Virus record (IMG/VR): IMGVR_UViG_3300009506_000011
Coordinates: 20,187-84,186 of that record
Strand: one strand, 5' to 3'
DNA from: a virus
Length of the DNA: 64,000 nt
Shown here one piece after another: positions 8,575 to 18,132 of this stretch. Each line of letters opens with the position of its first letter. Within the stretch, counting starts at the first letter, position 1. The notes beneath the pieces are model-generated. The model did no database searches, had not been told where the DNA came from, and saw only the letters and a list, made by a program, of their open reading frames with translations. The position numbers and the translations under genes were made by a program.

Positions 8575-10127
8575 CGATCGAGGCTCGAGCGGTCGAGCGC
8601 GCCTTCCCGCTCTACGACCTCGGCGCGCTCGAGGCGGAGATGCTCGCCAACTTCAGGGTGGGACTCCGCGAGCTGCCGAACCCAGACACCGGCCTGCCGT
8701 TCACAGAGCGCGAGATCGCCACCACGACGGCGCGGCTGTCGCGCTACTGGCGCGAGGCGAGGGCGCTGGATCTGGCCCTCCAGGGCGGGCAGCAGCGTGC
8801 GCTGTACCTCGCCGATCAGAATCGCATCGATCGCTCATCCTCGCTCTATCTCACCTCCCACCACGGGTCGACGTGGGGCGAGGCGCCGCTCGCGGCGGTC
8901 GGCGGTAGCGGTCTCGTCTCCGCCGTGGCCGAGCCGGGTGCGATCTTTCTCGGCAGCACAACGATCCCAGACCCGGGAGCGACGCAGTGCACCCGAAACG
9001 GCCTGACCTACCAGGTCCTCTTCACCGTTGTGACGCCGTTCGGCGGCTCGGCGGAGCTCACGCTGAAAGGCGTGGACACAGGCCAGGAAACGAATCTCAG
9101 CCCCGGCGACGTGCTCCAGTGGTCGGCCAACAAGCCGGGCGGCGCGCAGGCAACGTGCACGGTGACGCAGCAGTTCAGGGGTGGGGCGCCGAAGGAGAGC
9201 GCCGGCCAGTTTGCCAAGCGGCTGCTCGCGCGCATCGCGCACAAGCCAGCAGCGGGCAACGATGCGCAGATGCGAGCCTGGGCGCGCGCCGCGACCGTCG
9301 CCGTAGAGGACGCCTTCGTCTACTCCTGCGCCTTGCATGCCGGAACGACGGTGGTGTGCGTGACACAGAAGCGCGGCGGAGTCCCGGGTCCGGATGGCAG
9401 GATCCCATCGATCGGAACGCTCACGGACGTGACGCTGTACCTCGTACCGCCGGGGTCACCGGTGGTGCCGGCAAACCCGCTGATTCTGGTCACGCTGCCC
9501 ACCAAAGAGCCGGCCGCGCTACAGATTGGCCTGTCGCTGCCGTTCGGGCAGGCAGCCGGCTGGAAGGACTTCGAGCCCTGGCCGCCGGCGCTGTGCACCG
9601 TGTCCTCGGTCGCCTCCCCGACGGAGTTTCAGGTGCAGACGCTTTCCTCGCCGCCGGCTGGCGTACCGGCGCTGATGGCCTGGGTGGAGTCCCTGTCCCG
9701 GTTTGAGCGGCTGCAGGTGCAGTCCGTCACCATCGACAGCTTCCCCTTTTTCGACGTGGTGCTGAATGCGGCGCCGACGTCTCCTATTGTCGAGAATCAG
9801 GTCATCTCGCCCGCGCTGTTCACGGACGCCAGGCAGCTGCTCCTGGGCGAGACGATAGAGGCGTACTTCGACAGCCTCGGGCCGGGCGAGGTGGTGAACC
9901 TGGCCACCGACACGCGAGCACACCGAGCCTACCGTTTCCCAGAGCCGAACGAGGAGTATCCCCAGCGCGCCGGCGCGGGCATCCTGGCCTGGCTTCAGGA
10001 CGCCTTCGGCGCCGCGCTTGCTGACAGCACAGCAAGCGGCGGCGGCACGCCGCCTATTCCCGCAGACCCCAGCCTCGGACCGGCAATGATGGTGCCGGGC
10101 TCCGTCTTTATCTACGCGTTGACCTGA
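8571..10127 (+). CDS. Baseplate J-like protein
   Basis: GVDTGQETNL..GGAPKES..RLLARI..AAGNDAQMRAWA. Confidence 0.85.
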   Translation: MTIEARAVERAFPLYDLGALEAEMLANFRVGLRELPNPDTGLPFTEREIATTTARLSRYWREARALDLALQGGQQRALYLADQNRIDRSSSLYLTSHHGSTWGEAPLAAVGGSGLVSAVAEPGAIFLGSTTIPDPGATQCTRNGLTYQVLFTVVTPFGGSAELTLKGVDTGQETNLSPGDVLQWSANKPGGAQATCTVTQQFRGGAPKESAGQFAKRLLARIAHKPAAGNDAQMRAWARAATVAVEDAFVYSCALHAGTTVVCVTQKRGGVPGPDGRIPSIGTLTDVTLYLVPPGSPVVPANPLILVTLPTKEPAALQIGLSLPFGQAAGWKDFEPWPPALCTVSSVASPTEFQVQTLSSPPAGVPALMAWVESLSRFERLQVQSVTIDSFPFFDVVLNAAPTSPIVENQVISPALFTDARQLLLGETIEAYFDSLGPGEVVNLATDTRAHRAYRFPEPNEEYPQRAGAGILAWLQDAFGAALADSTASGGGTPPIPADPSLGPAMMVPGSVFIYALT

Positions 10128-10609
10128 TGGCACTACCCCCCGCACGTCTCACGAAGGGCGATCTCGGCGGCGTCAAAGTCGACGAGGGAACACCGACCAA
10201 CAACCAGAAGTACCACCTCGGCAGGGAGATCAACCTGTCGAATGACCTTGTCGTGGGCATGAACCTCACCACGCCGCGCACTCTGGTGCTGACGGAGTGG
10301 GACGATCCGGACATGGTCGTGCTGTTCTCCGGCGAAACCTGGGATCCGGAGGAGGCGGCTGTGCCGACCGTCACGCGGCCGACCGGTGCGGGCAAGTACG
10401 TCATCGAGTACGCCGCCAGCTACACGGACTACGACGGCAACGAGATCGCGCCGGCGCTCATCGCCGCAGACGTCGCCATTCAGGATCTCAACACCGCGCT
10501 GCGCGCTCGGGCGAAGGTCCAGGCGGATGGCCGGACCGTCGATGTCTGGATCTGGGACAAGGACACGAACGTCTTCACCGACGCGCGGGTGCTGGTGACG
10601 GTGTACTGA
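10127..10609 (+). CDS. Tail/baseplate-associated protein
   Basis: Translationally coupled within the baseplate operon; TGAGKYVI beta motif. Confidence 0.55.
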   Translation: MALPPARLTKGDLGGVKVDEGTPTNNQKYHLGREINLSNDLVVGMNLTTPRTLVLTEWDDPDMVVLFSGETWDPEEAAVPTVTRPTGAGKYVIEYAASYTDYDGNEIAPALIAADVAIQDLNTALRARAKVQADGRTVDVWIWDKDTNVFTDARVLVTVY

Positions 10610-11325
10610 TGGGCAGCCTCAACCCGCTCAACCCGCTGCCGATGCATCTCGGCGGCGATCCGGCCCCGGCTGAGAGGGTCTGGCGCATGCTTCGCAAAGC
10701 CCTCGGCCGCACGCGCCTCGGCCGCGGTCGTGAGGTGGCGGGGCCGGTCGGCGGTATCGAGGATCTCTGGCGGCAGTGCAAGGCCCGCGCGGTGGCCAAG
10801 GTCGAGCAGCTCGTCGAGCTGGCGAGCGAGCAAGCTTGGCCAGACCGCGCAACCGTTCATATCCCGGTCTACGAGGAGCAGCTCCACATCTCGCCCGTGG
10901 GCAACGAGGAGCAGCGCCGGCAGGTCGTCGCGGCGCGCGTGACGAAGCAGCTTTACGCCGTCATCCCGGATCTGCAGCGTGAGCTGCAGGAGATCGATCC
11001 GGGTCTCAGCGTGGTCGTGCCGCCGGCCGAGCAAGCGACGGTTTTCCACCACGGCAAAAGCTACGCCGGCCGGCCCTACAACGGGAGCTACGGCACGCGC
11101 TACGCCGCCTACGCCCCGAACTACAGCACCCACTTCAAGGTGTACGTGCTCTGGAGCGGGCTTCCGAGCGGCCTCCCGGACGAGTACACGCTCGACCGCG
11201 TGCGCCGGCACCTGAACGAGGTGCTGCCGAGCTGGTTCGACTTCGTCATTTCGAACGGCGCGGGCTTCTACCTCGATGGCGGCGTCGACGGGACGAGCCG
11301 GCTGGACTTCACCTCGTTCGACTAG
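10609..11325 (+). CDS. Baseplate protein (Mu gp48 / tail protein I-like)
   Basis: EQAWPDRA..IPVYEEQL..EEQRRQVVAAR; LPSWFDF. Confidence 0.7.
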   Translation: MGSLNPLNPLPMHLGGDPAPAERVWRMLRKALGRTRLGRGREVAGPVGGIEDLWRQCKARAVAKVEQLVELASEQAWPDRATVHIPVYEEQLHISPVGNEEQRRQVVAARVTKQLYAVIPDLQRELQEIDPGLSVVVPPAEQATVFHHGKSYAGRPYNGSYGTRYAAYAPNYSTHFKVYVLWSGLPSGLPDEYTLDRVRRHLNEVLPSWFDFVISNGAGFYLDGGVDGTSRLDFTSFD

Positions 11326-11333
11326 GAGCAGCG

Positions 11334-12056
11334 ATGGCCAACTTTTCACGCGTCAACCCGCTCGGCTGGGCGATCTACGAGAAGCTCCTCGCGGCGCAGA
11401 TGAACCAGCTGGACATCAACATGACGCTCGCCGTCAATGGCCAGGGCTCGACCCATACGCCGCTTGAGGACATTGTCCTAAAGGGACCGTTTGGTCTGAG
11501 GCTTGAGGACAGCCAGCTCAAGTACGAGGACGATCGAGTCGTGCCCCGGCGGCAGCCGATGAACGGCGCCATCTTCGACAGCGGCGAGTGGGAGTGGTCC
11601 GTTAATGGGGTGCAGCTGCGCCAAGGCAGCACGGCTGATAGCGGAGCATGGCTGCGGCTTTACCTCACCAATCTGCCGGACGGCGGCAAGCTCACGTCGG
11701 TCACGGTGTCTTGGGATGGCCCATCCGGTCACAGCGCCGATCCAATCCTCGGCCCAGGGCCCCCGCCGTTCCTGATCGATTTGCCGCGGCTCGAAGTGTA
11801 TCGCGCCGCGCAGGACGGCACTGTCTATTCTCTCGGTGTTGCGATCGACAACGTGGTCACGCGCGCTCTCTATCAGGAGTCACACGAGATCACGGTCACA
11901 TGCGGCGACCACGTCATCGACCTCGTCAACAACGCCTACTACATCCGCTTTCGGGGCGAGTATGATCCGAGCCCACCGTTTGGCGACTTCCTGCCGTTCG
12001 GTCTCCTAGAGGCCATCAAAACGAGCTGCAAGGTGTCAGCTCAAAGCGAGTACTGA
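11334..12056 (+). CDS. Tail fibre / receptor-binding-like protein
   Basis: N-terminal W..EKLLAAQMNQLD baseplate-anchor motif; beta-rich C domain. Confidence 0.65.
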   Translation: MANFSRVNPLGWAIYEKLLAAQMNQLDINMTLAVNGQGSTHTPLEDIVLKGPFGLRLEDSQLKYEDDRVVPRRQPMNGAIFDSGEWEWSVNGVQLRQGSTADSGAWLRLYLTNLPDGGKLTSVTVSWDGPSGHSADPILGPGPPPFLIDLPRLEVYRAAQDGTVYSLGVAIDNVVTRALYQESHEITVTCGDHVIDLVNNAYYIRFRGEYDPSPPFGDFLPFGLLEAIKTSCKVSAQSEY

Positions 12057-12427
12057 TGAGATATCTGCCGTTCATCCTGTTGGTCGGCTGCTTGGCCGAG
12101 CTGAGCGTGTCCGACGAGCGAGCGCTCGATTGGAGCGACTGCAAGCGGTCAGAAGAGCCATGCCCAGCGCACGGCATCGCCTACGAATGCGACGCTGCGG
12201 TGGAGATCCCGGAGCACTGCGACTGGCTCGGCCAGCTCGTCTGCTGCGAGTACCTGCCGCCCGTCGACGTGTCGCTGCCGGCGCCTCCGATCGAGTGCGA
12301 GCGGCTGGACGACCCGGAGCACAAGCTCTGCCCCGTCGGCATCGCTCACACGTGTCGCGTGCTGCCGCCGCACTGCCAGTGGTCCGAGTCGGGACCGCCG
12401 GTGGCGTGCTGCATGCCGCTGATCTAG
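12056..12427 (+). CDS. Cysteine-rich lipoprotein
   Basis: Lipobox-like LLVGC; two repeated C..CP.GIA..C..P.HC.W..CC units. Confidence 0.6.
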   Translation: MRYLPFILLVGCLAELSVSDERALDWSDCKRSEEPCPAHGIAYECDAAVEIPEHCDWLGQLVCCEYLPPVDVSLPAPPIECERLDDPEHKLCPVGIAHTCRVLPPHCQWSESGPPVACCMPLI

Positions 12428-12738
12428 TCCACGGGCGCGACGTAGCAGAGCCGTCCGTGCACGCGGATCTCCCCGCTGCCGTCGCGGCGGTAGGCCGCGC
12501 TGGATGCCTCCTCTTGGCTCCGCGTCGCAGGACCAAGCGGCTCGTGCGTCGCGGCGTCGTAGAGGGTGCGCTCGATTCCAAGGCTGGCCGACAGCGCGCG
12601 GCGCAGCTCCGGGATGCTGAGCCGCCGGCCTGACATGTGGCGGATGGTGAGGTGCATCTCGGCGAGCACGGCCACCCACTGCTCGGCCTCCAGCACGGTC
12701 ACGTCCGCCATCTCGCGCTTCGTGACACGTGAGCTCAT
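12424..12738 (-). CDS. Hypothetical protein
   Basis: MSSRVTKREM start; end of the leftward operon. Confidence 0.5.
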   Translation of the reverse strand: MSSRVTKREMADVTVLEAEQWVAVLAEMHLTIRHMSGRRLSIPELRRALSASLGIERTLYDAATHEPLGPATRSQEEASSAAYRRDGSGEIRVHGRLCYVAPVD

Positions 12739-12913
12739 TTCCCCACCTTGCTCGCCGGCAGGTTGTGCAACGGCAGCTCGAGGCCGCGCTCGGTCATCTC
12801 GGGACACAGCCGACGCTGGCAACACCAGCACGTGACCTCGTGCTTGGTCGCCTCGGCGGCCGACGCGCAGCCGACCGCCGAGGGTTCGATGGGGATCCGC
12901 GATCCTGGGCAGG

Positions 12914-13348
12914 TCATCCGTCGACTCCGTGTAGTCGACCGTCGATCGTCTCGCCGAGGTAGTCGACGCGCTCCATGTTGCCATCGTCGTCATACCAGAC
13001 CAACTCGTGAGCGATATGGAAGCTCTTGCGCAGGATTTTCTGTCCTGCGGTCCTCATTGGGCCGCCGTAGATAATGGCGTGTCGCACCATCGCCGGTGTC
13101 ACTGTCTCGTAATGCGGCACCGTGAAATACCGGTGGCGTACCCTGGTTCGCGGGGCGCCGGTCGCCGAACGGCCCCGACGATGCCGGCCACACCGGAGCA
13201 TCCCCTTGCCGGGGCGATTCTCGCAGCCGCACATCCATTTGGCGGTCGGCCGCTCGCTTTCAGGGATCGTCCAATAGCCAGGCTCGTGCTCGTCCCACTC
13301 ATGGTGATCGCCGGGCTGGTGGGGCCGCTCCAGGCTGCAGCAGGTCAT
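12914..13348 (-). CDS. Hypothetical protein
   Basis: ATGA-coupled ORF. Confidence 0.5.
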   Translation of the reverse strand: MTCCSLERPHQPGDHHEWDEHEPGYWTIPESERPTAKWMCGCENRPGKGMLRCGRHRRGRSATGAPRTRVRHRYFTVPHYETVTPAMVRHAIIYGGPMRTAGQKILRKSFHIAHELVWYDDDGNMERVDYLGETIDGRLHGVDG

Positions 13349-13851
13349 TGGCCGGCCTCGGCCAGAGCGTCCACGATCAGGACGACGGCTCGCACGTAGG
13401 CGCCGCCGTCGCCAGCGAGTGCGAGCCGGCAGGTCTCCACCAGCGCAACGTCGCAGTGCTCGGCCGCCTCCTGCTGCAGCGCTGTGATGCGGTCGTGGTC
13501 AATCGCCTCGGGGTCGAAGTCTCCGGCGTACCAGAGCGAGTAGAGCGACGAGGCGCTGCGTCGCCGGGCGCTATCCGTGGGGAGGCGCCAGCCGAAATCG
13601 AGGTGAGCGGCGCCGAGCTCGGCGACCGTCTCCCCGGTGCTGAGGTACGCCTCCCCAGTCTCCTCGGCGTACCAGGCGTAGCGACCGTCGGCGCAGCGCT
13701 TCGCGGCGAGAACCTCGACGCCGCGAGCGAGCGCCGCCTCAAAGGGACCGGTCCACTCGGCGGTGAGCTCCGCGTCCGTGTCAGGATCGCAGTAGGCGTA
13801 GGTCAGGGTTACGACGCGGCTTGGCCGCAATGCCAGCTCGAGGGTCAGCAT
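13345..13851 (-). CDS. Hypothetical protein
   Basis: GGAGG RBS; MLTLEL start. Confidence 0.55.
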   Translation of the reverse strand: MLTLELALRPSRVVTLTYAYCDPDTDAELTAEWTGPFEAALARGVEVLAAKRCADGRYAWYAEETGEAYLSTGETVAELGAAHLDFGWRLPTDSARRRSASSLYSLWYAGDFDPEAIDHDRITALQQEAAEHCDVALVETCRLALAGDGGAYVRAVVLIVDALAEAGQ

Positions 13852-14306
13852 GACGTCCAACCTCCGTCGGCGTGAACCCATCCGCGCCGGCGCTCACCGT
13901 CGAAAACCTCGCCGTCGTAGCCGAGCTCAGCCGCGCGCGCGGCCGCGTCCTCGACGGAGCCAAAGCGCTCGTCGCTCACATCCGGCGGCGGCGCCTCGTC
14001 GTCCGGTGACGAGGTGAGCGTGAGCGCCAGGGGCAGGAGCACCACCCAGGCGTCCGGCTCACGCTGGTAGAGATCCTCGGCCATGGCATTGACCAGCTCG
14101 GCAATCTCATCGTTAGCAGCGACGCCGAAGCCATCGACCCAGCTGCGATCGGTTTCGCGGCCGACTTCAACGGTGACATCGGGCCAGCGCGCCTTGATGC
14201 GCCGCTCCAGCTCCACGCAAAAGCGCGTGTGCGACGCCTCCAGGTCGACGCCGTCCCAGCCGTCGCCGTAAAGTGAGTCTTGCAGCTGTCCGTAGAAAAT
14301 ATTCAT
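13845..14306 (-). CDS. Hypothetical acidic protein
   Basis: AGGAG RBS directly downstream of the hammerhead. Confidence 0.65.
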   Translation of the reverse strand: MNIFYGQLQDSLYGDGWDGVDLEASHTRFCVELERRIKARWPDVTVEVGRETDRSWVDGFGVAANDEIAELVNAMAEDLYQREPDAWVVLLPLALTLTSSPDDEAPPPDVSDERFGSVEDAAARAAELGYDGEVFDGERRRGWVHADGGWTSC

Positions 14307-14317
14307 CGTATTCTCCT

Positions 14318-14385
14318 GCGGAGGGCGGCTCCGCGTGCCTCGTCAGCGCCGGCGCGACCCGGCGGACGCCTCACGGCGTTTCGGC
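14318..14385 (-). ncRNA. Type II hammerhead ribozyme with 3' hairpin
   Basis: gcc-GAAA-cgcc(gtga)ggcg-TC-cgccgg(gtcgcg)ccggcg-CTGACGA-ggc; complete core; GUC cleavage triplet. Confidence 0.9.
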
Positions 14386-14448
14386 TCTTTCGAGTGTCAC
14401 GGCTTTCGCCGGCCTATGGCATGGCACACCTCCTCTCCTGTGTCCCCC

Positions 14449-14997
14449 TCACACAATGCGCTGCACGACGTCGTAGCTGACGCACGCCAGCGCGGCGATC
14501 TCGTAGCGCGTATAGCCTGCCTCGTGCAGGCAGCGGACCATCTTCTGTTGCCGAGCCGACAGCGTACCGGGGCGGCCGGTGCGCACGATCCGCCGGCCGT
14601 CCGGTCCGCGCAGCACTCGGATGTGCCGCCGGCCAGGCCGCGCCGGTCCGAGCTCCACGTAGCCGTGCCGCTCCAACGTTTGGAGGTGCGCCATGATCTG
14701 GCCATCTCCGGCTACCTGCAGCTGCTCGGCCAACTCACTCAGCGACGGCGAGCGACCGGCGCGCCGCTGGTACTCGATCACCAGCTCGAGCAGCTGCCGC
14801 CGGCGCTCACTCAGTGGCCGCTTCGGCGCGAAGGTGTCCGGCCGCACCAGGGTGATCGTGGAGCCGCACCGGCAGTTTCGCTGCTCGGCTACCTCGCCAG
14901 CATCGAGCAGCTCGGGGTCGACAGCGCCGACGAGCGGCAGCCGGCGCCACGCTGCGCGGCTGTAGGAGGCTCCGCAGGAGCACGTCACGGCGCTCAC
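14449..14997 (-). CDS. LexA-type DNA-binding domain regulator with Zn motif and a second HTH
   Basis: LSERRRQLLELVIEYQRRAGRSPSLSELAEQL..HLQTLERHGYV; no peptidase domain. Confidence 0.8.
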   Translation of the reverse strand: MSAVTCSCGASYSRAAWRRLPLVGAVDPELLDAGEVAEQRNCRCGSTITLVRPDTFAPKRPLSERRRQLLELVIEYQRRAGRSPSLSELAEQLQVAGDGQIMAHLQTLERHGYVELGPARPGRRHIRVLRGPDGRRIVRTGRPGTLSARQQKMVRCLHEAGYTRYEIAALACVSYDVVQRIV

Positions 14998-15239
14998 GCT
15001 GTCGCCTCGTAAATAGCTCGCACGCGGCGCCAAGTCCGCTGCGTGATGCGGCCGCCGTCGCCGTCGCGATAGAACCGACGGTAGCTACCGTCGGCACGCA
15101 GCACGCCAGCGTAGCCGTGCTCGCGCGCGTATCGGCGCGCATTCGACCACGGCGATCGGCCGCCGCCACGCCAGTCGGCCAGGACCCGGATCGCGCCGGT
15201 GCGTCGCACGGTGATGGTGATATCGATGTCGTCGCTCAT
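14994..15239 (-). CDS. Hypothetical protein
   Basis: MSDDIDITI; coupled to neighbouring genes. Confidence 0.5.
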   Translation of the reverse strand: MSDDIDITITVRRTGAIRVLADWRGGGRSPWSNARRYAREHGYAGVLRADGSYRRFYRDGDGGRITQRTWRRVRAIYEATA

Positions 15240-15241
15240 GC

Positions 15242-15697
15242 TCACTCCGCTGCGGCAGCTACGAGCTGCCGTGCAAAAGGCGCGTCCTGTGCGCCGAGGT
15301 AATCTCGCCAGGTGTCGTCCGCGGTGGGGTAGTCCTCGCTCGAATAGGCCAGGTCGTCGAGCAGGCGACCGTACTGCGCAGCGGCGGCGACCACGGCGCG
15401 CCAGGTAGCGCCGTCGGCAATCACGCGGTAGCCGGTCACGATCCACCGCACCGCGTACTCGTCGCGGTCCGGCTCGGGACTGAGGCGGCCGCTCAGCTCG
15501 ACCAGCTGGTCGCCGTCCTGCACCGCCATCGAGTAGTAGCGCGTGTAGCGCGCCAGCTCGAGCAGGCTGGTGCACGCGCTCACGCCGAGCGGCTGCGTGG
15601 CCGAGGACTCGTCGTCCGCGGTCCAGCCGTCAGGACGGTGCGGATCGAGCATCGTGGCGAGCGGCTCGCCAGCGGGGTGGATGCGATAGGCAATCAC
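15242..15697 (-). CDS. Hypothetical protein
   Basis: GTGA-coupled; VIAYRIH..GVSAC motif. Confidence 0.6.
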   Translation of the reverse strand: MIAYRIHPAGEPLATMLDPHRPDGWTADDESSATQPLGVSACTSLLELARYTRYYSMAVQDGDQLVELSGRLSPEPDRDEYAVRWIVTGYRVIADGATWRAVVAAAAQYGRLLDDLAYSSEDYPTADDTWRDYLGAQDAPFARQLVAAAAE

Positions 15698-15843
15698 GAC
15701 TGCACCTGCCTGCGACCGATGAGCTTGCCGCTCGGACCTACCTCGGCGCGGTAGAGCTTGCCACCGCGACGATAGGTCACTACGGTGCCTACGCGCGCGG
15801 AGGAGTAGCGGTTGGAGCGGTCGGTTTTGCTGTTGTGTGCCAT
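15694..15843 (-). CDS. Small basic protein (49 aa, absent from the ORF track)
   Basis: MAHNSKTDRSNRYSSARVGTVVTYRRGGKLYRAEVGPSGKLIGRRQVQS*; first gene after the sigma54-like promoter; stop overlaps the next GTG. Confidence 0.6.
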   Translation of the reverse strand: MAHNSKTDRSNRYSSARVGTVVTYRRGGKLYRAEVGPSGKLIGRRQVQS

Positions 15844-15856
15844 GCCAGCCTAATGT

Positions 15857-15900
15857 GCACGATCTATGCCAGATGTTCGAGTCGTTGGCATAGCACGTGC
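15857..15900. promoter_or_regulatory. Back-to-back sigma54-like (-24/-12) promoters
   Basis: Minus strand TGGCAT-AGATC-GTGC (15871-15857); plus strand TGGCAT-AGCAC-GTGC (15886-15900); each 13-14 nt from an ATG. Confidence 0.65.
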
Positions 15901-15914
15901 CCAAGGCCACCAAT

Positions 15915-16205
15915 ATGATTTTTGCAGCAGCCATTGAGGCGGCGCAGCGTGAGCTAGCGCTGCGATATTACGACGATCCTGGACGCGAACCTGCGCCGGT
16001 GGAGCTGGCGCTTGAGCAGCAGCTGCTCGGCCTGCAGCGGCTCGCGACACTGTACCGCCGGCACCGGCACGATCCGGAGGCTGTAACAGCGGCGCTCGGC
16101 CTCACGGCAGCGGCGCTGCAATTACACTCACAGTGTAGAGCGCAAATCCTGCACGCGGTTTGCGCAGTCCGGCAGCTGCTAAATGCGCGGAACCTGGCGA
16201 GCTAG
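15915..16205 (+). CDS. Hypothetical protein
   Basis: ATG 14 nt after the -12 box. Confidence 0.5.
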   Translation: MIFAAAIEAAQRELALRYYDDPGREPAPVELALEQQLLGLQRLATLYRRHRHDPEAVTAALGLTAAALQLHSQCRAQILHAVCAVRQLLNARNLAS

Positions 16206-16235
16206 CCATGCCACGGTCGGCGTTCAAGCGGTCAA

Positions 16236-16282
16236 CGCGCAATTCTTGCACCTGAACGCGGCGCCGGTGCAGGAATTGCGCG
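16236..16282. repeat. 17-bp-arm inverted repeat (candidate enhancer/UAS or hairpin)
   Basis: cgcgcaattcttgcacc-N13-ggtgcaggaattgcgcg, 1 mismatch. Confidence 0.7.
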
Positions 16283-16333
16283 CAGCTCATAGCGCGCTAT
16301 GCGACTTTCAGCAGGTTTTCGCAGCTGGATAGT

Positions 16334-16348
16334 TGGCACGGAACGTGC
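16334..16348 (+). promoter_or_regulatory. sigma54-like promoter
   Basis: TGGCAC-GGAAC-GTGC, 13 nt before ATG 16362. Confidence 0.65.
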
Positions 16349-16361
16349 AAAATCGCCTGGC

Positions 16362-16787
16362 ATGCGACTTTACCTCTACGACATCGATACCTGCGAAGAG
16401 CTGGCTTCCTACGCGCTGGACGGCACCAGCGAAGCTGGAATCTACAACGGCCGCCGCTACATGGACACGTGCCTCGGCTACACGATTCGCGAAGGCCGGA
16501 AGGTACGCGTCCTCCGCGCGGAGGACTTCAGCGGCCGCCGGATCGTCGCCAAGGATTGGTCGCCGTGCACTGGCGATGGCCGGCGGCGGCCTGGCGGCTG
16601 GAGCGAGTGGACGCTGCTCGTCAGCCGTGAGCGCGGCTGGCAAGGCAACGAGGCTGACGTGCCTGGCGGCACGCCGCACGCGGAGCTACCACCGCGCCTG
16701 CAGCAGCTGCTGGCTCGCGTGAAGCGCGAGAACGCCAAGCGCGGCCGAGCCTATCGGCGCGCCGTAGCCGAGGCGGTGGCGGCGTGA
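16362..16787 (+). CDS. Hypothetical protein
   Basis: MRLYLYDIDTCEE; first gene of the rightward operon. Confidence 0.6.
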   Translation: MRLYLYDIDTCEELASYALDGTSEAGIYNGRRYMDTCLGYTIREGRKVRVLRAEDFSGRRIVAKDWSPCTGDGRRRPGGWSEWTLLVSRERGWQGNEADVPGGTPHAELPPRLQQLLARVKRENAKRGRAYRRAVAEAVAA

Positions 16788-17014
16788 GGACCGCCTACCT
16801 GAACGTGCTGGTGTCGCCAGCTGGCCAAGCTGTCGAAGCCAACGTGAGCCGGCATCCGGCGGCGGAGCTGCCGCCGGTGCGGTACCGCACCGGCATTCAC
16901 CGGCACCGGCTGGTGTTGGTGCTGGAAGGCCGGACGCTGCTCGACGCGCACGAGGCTGCCTTGCGCGCCTGCCAATCGACCGAGCTAGCGTGGCTGCTGC
17001 CACTGCTCGGATGA
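16784..17014 (+). CDS. Hypothetical protein
   Basis: GTGA-coupled; stop abuts the hammerhead. Confidence 0.5.
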   Translation: MRTAYLNVLVSPAGQAVEANVSRHPAAELPPVRYRTGIHRHRLVLVLEGRTLLDAHEAALRACQSTELAWLLPLLG

Positions 17015-17015
17015 C

Positions 17016-17082
17016 GCCGAAACGCCGTGAGGCGTCCGCCGGTCGCGCCGGCGCTGACGAGGCACGCGGAGTCGCACTCCGC
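17016..17082 (+). ncRNA. Type II hammerhead ribozyme with 3' hairpin
   Basis: gcc-GAAA-cgcc(gtga)ggcg-TC-cgccgg(tcgcg)ccggcg-CTGACGA-ggc; predicted cleavage after C17036. Confidence 0.9.
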
Positions 17083-17106
17083 ACTCCGCCCACCGAAAGA
17101 AACACC

Positions 17107-18132
17107 ATGAAGATCCGAGTTATCGTAGACCAGAAAACCGCACTCCGAGAAGGCATCGACGCGCCGACGAGCGCCTGCCTGATCGATATCGATCCTGCCG
17201 AGCTGACGGAGGAGGAGCGCGAGGTGCTCGCGTCCCTGCTCGCGTCCAACCACGACACCACCGCGTCGACACTGCAGGCCGCGTACGGTCAGTACCGCCA
17301 TCTCGAGGTGGTGTCGCAGGACCTCGGCGGACTTCGGCGCGGCCTCGCCGATCTGATCGCCTGGCGTGACCAGGTGCAGGCCGAGTGCATCGAGAAGCGT
17401 CGCGAAGCGGACGATCGGATCGACGCCGCCATTGCAAACCCGCCGCCGCCGCGCCGGCAGCTGGTCCGGCTGTCCGGCGGCGGCGTCATCGACGCCTACA
17501 GCGAGGACGAGACCACGATGGCGCTGGAGCTGCCGAGCGCGCCGGCGCCCGGCTACCTGCCTCACGCCTCCGAGGAGGCGCAGGAGCGGCTGTCGGCCGC
17601 GCGGCGCGCTGTCGACTTGGAGGAGGCGCGGCTGCGCGAGGCTGCGCGACCGGAGCTTGAGCGGCTCGTCGCCGCTCGCGACGAGAAGCGCCGTCTCGCC
17701 GAGGAGGCGAAGCAGGCCGAGTACAACGCCGTCTACCAGCGCCTGCCGGTGATCCTGCGCGAGCGGCACAGAGCCGGCTACGCCTCTCCTGGCGAGGTCC
17801 GACTTGCCTTCCAGCAGCAGGTGCTGGCCGACACTGGCCAGGAGCTGGATCCTTGGTGCACGGCCGAAAATGCCAGCTCCGGAGAGCTGGCATGGCTGAG
17901 CAACGACGAGTTCCTCGCGCTCCAGCGCGCTCGCGCGGCTGCGCCTCCCGGCGCCACAGTGACGCCGGCGCTGATTTGGCTGAGCGAGCGGAGGCCAGCC
18001 ACCGAGGCGGAGCTCGACGACGACCTGGCCGACGAGGACGACGAGATCGAGGAGCGCATCGACGAGAGGCGCGTGTTTCTCGTGCGGTGGACGGTCGGCG
18101 GCGTGCCGATCACCGCCGTCGTGCCCATGTAG
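17107..18132 (+). CDS. Hypothetical coiled-coil protein flanked by hammerheads
   Basis: MKIRVIVDQK start; 341 aa. Confidence 0.7.
   Translation: MKIRVIVDQKTALREGIDAPTSACLIDIDPAELTEEEREVLASLLASNHDTTASTLQAAYGQYRHLEVVSQDLGGLRRGLADLIAWRDQVQAECIEKRREADDRIDAAIANPPPPRRQLVRLSGGGVIDAYSEDETTMALELPSAPAPGYLPHASEEAQERLSAARRAVDLEEARLREAARPELERLVAARDEKRRLAEEAKQAEYNAVYQRLPVILRERHRAGYASPGEVRLAFQQQVLADTGQELDPWCTAENASSGELAWLSNDEFLALQRARAAAPPGATVTPALIWLSERRPATEAELDDDLADEDDEIEERIDERRVFLVRWTVGGVPITAVVPM

Noticed and set aside
14329-17071. Inverted repeats of about 56 bp as IS ends or invertible-segment sites
   Set aside because: No transposase or invertase is nearby, and the repeats are fully explained as hammerheads on divergent transcripts. 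Incidental inversion by homologous recombination cannot be excluded.
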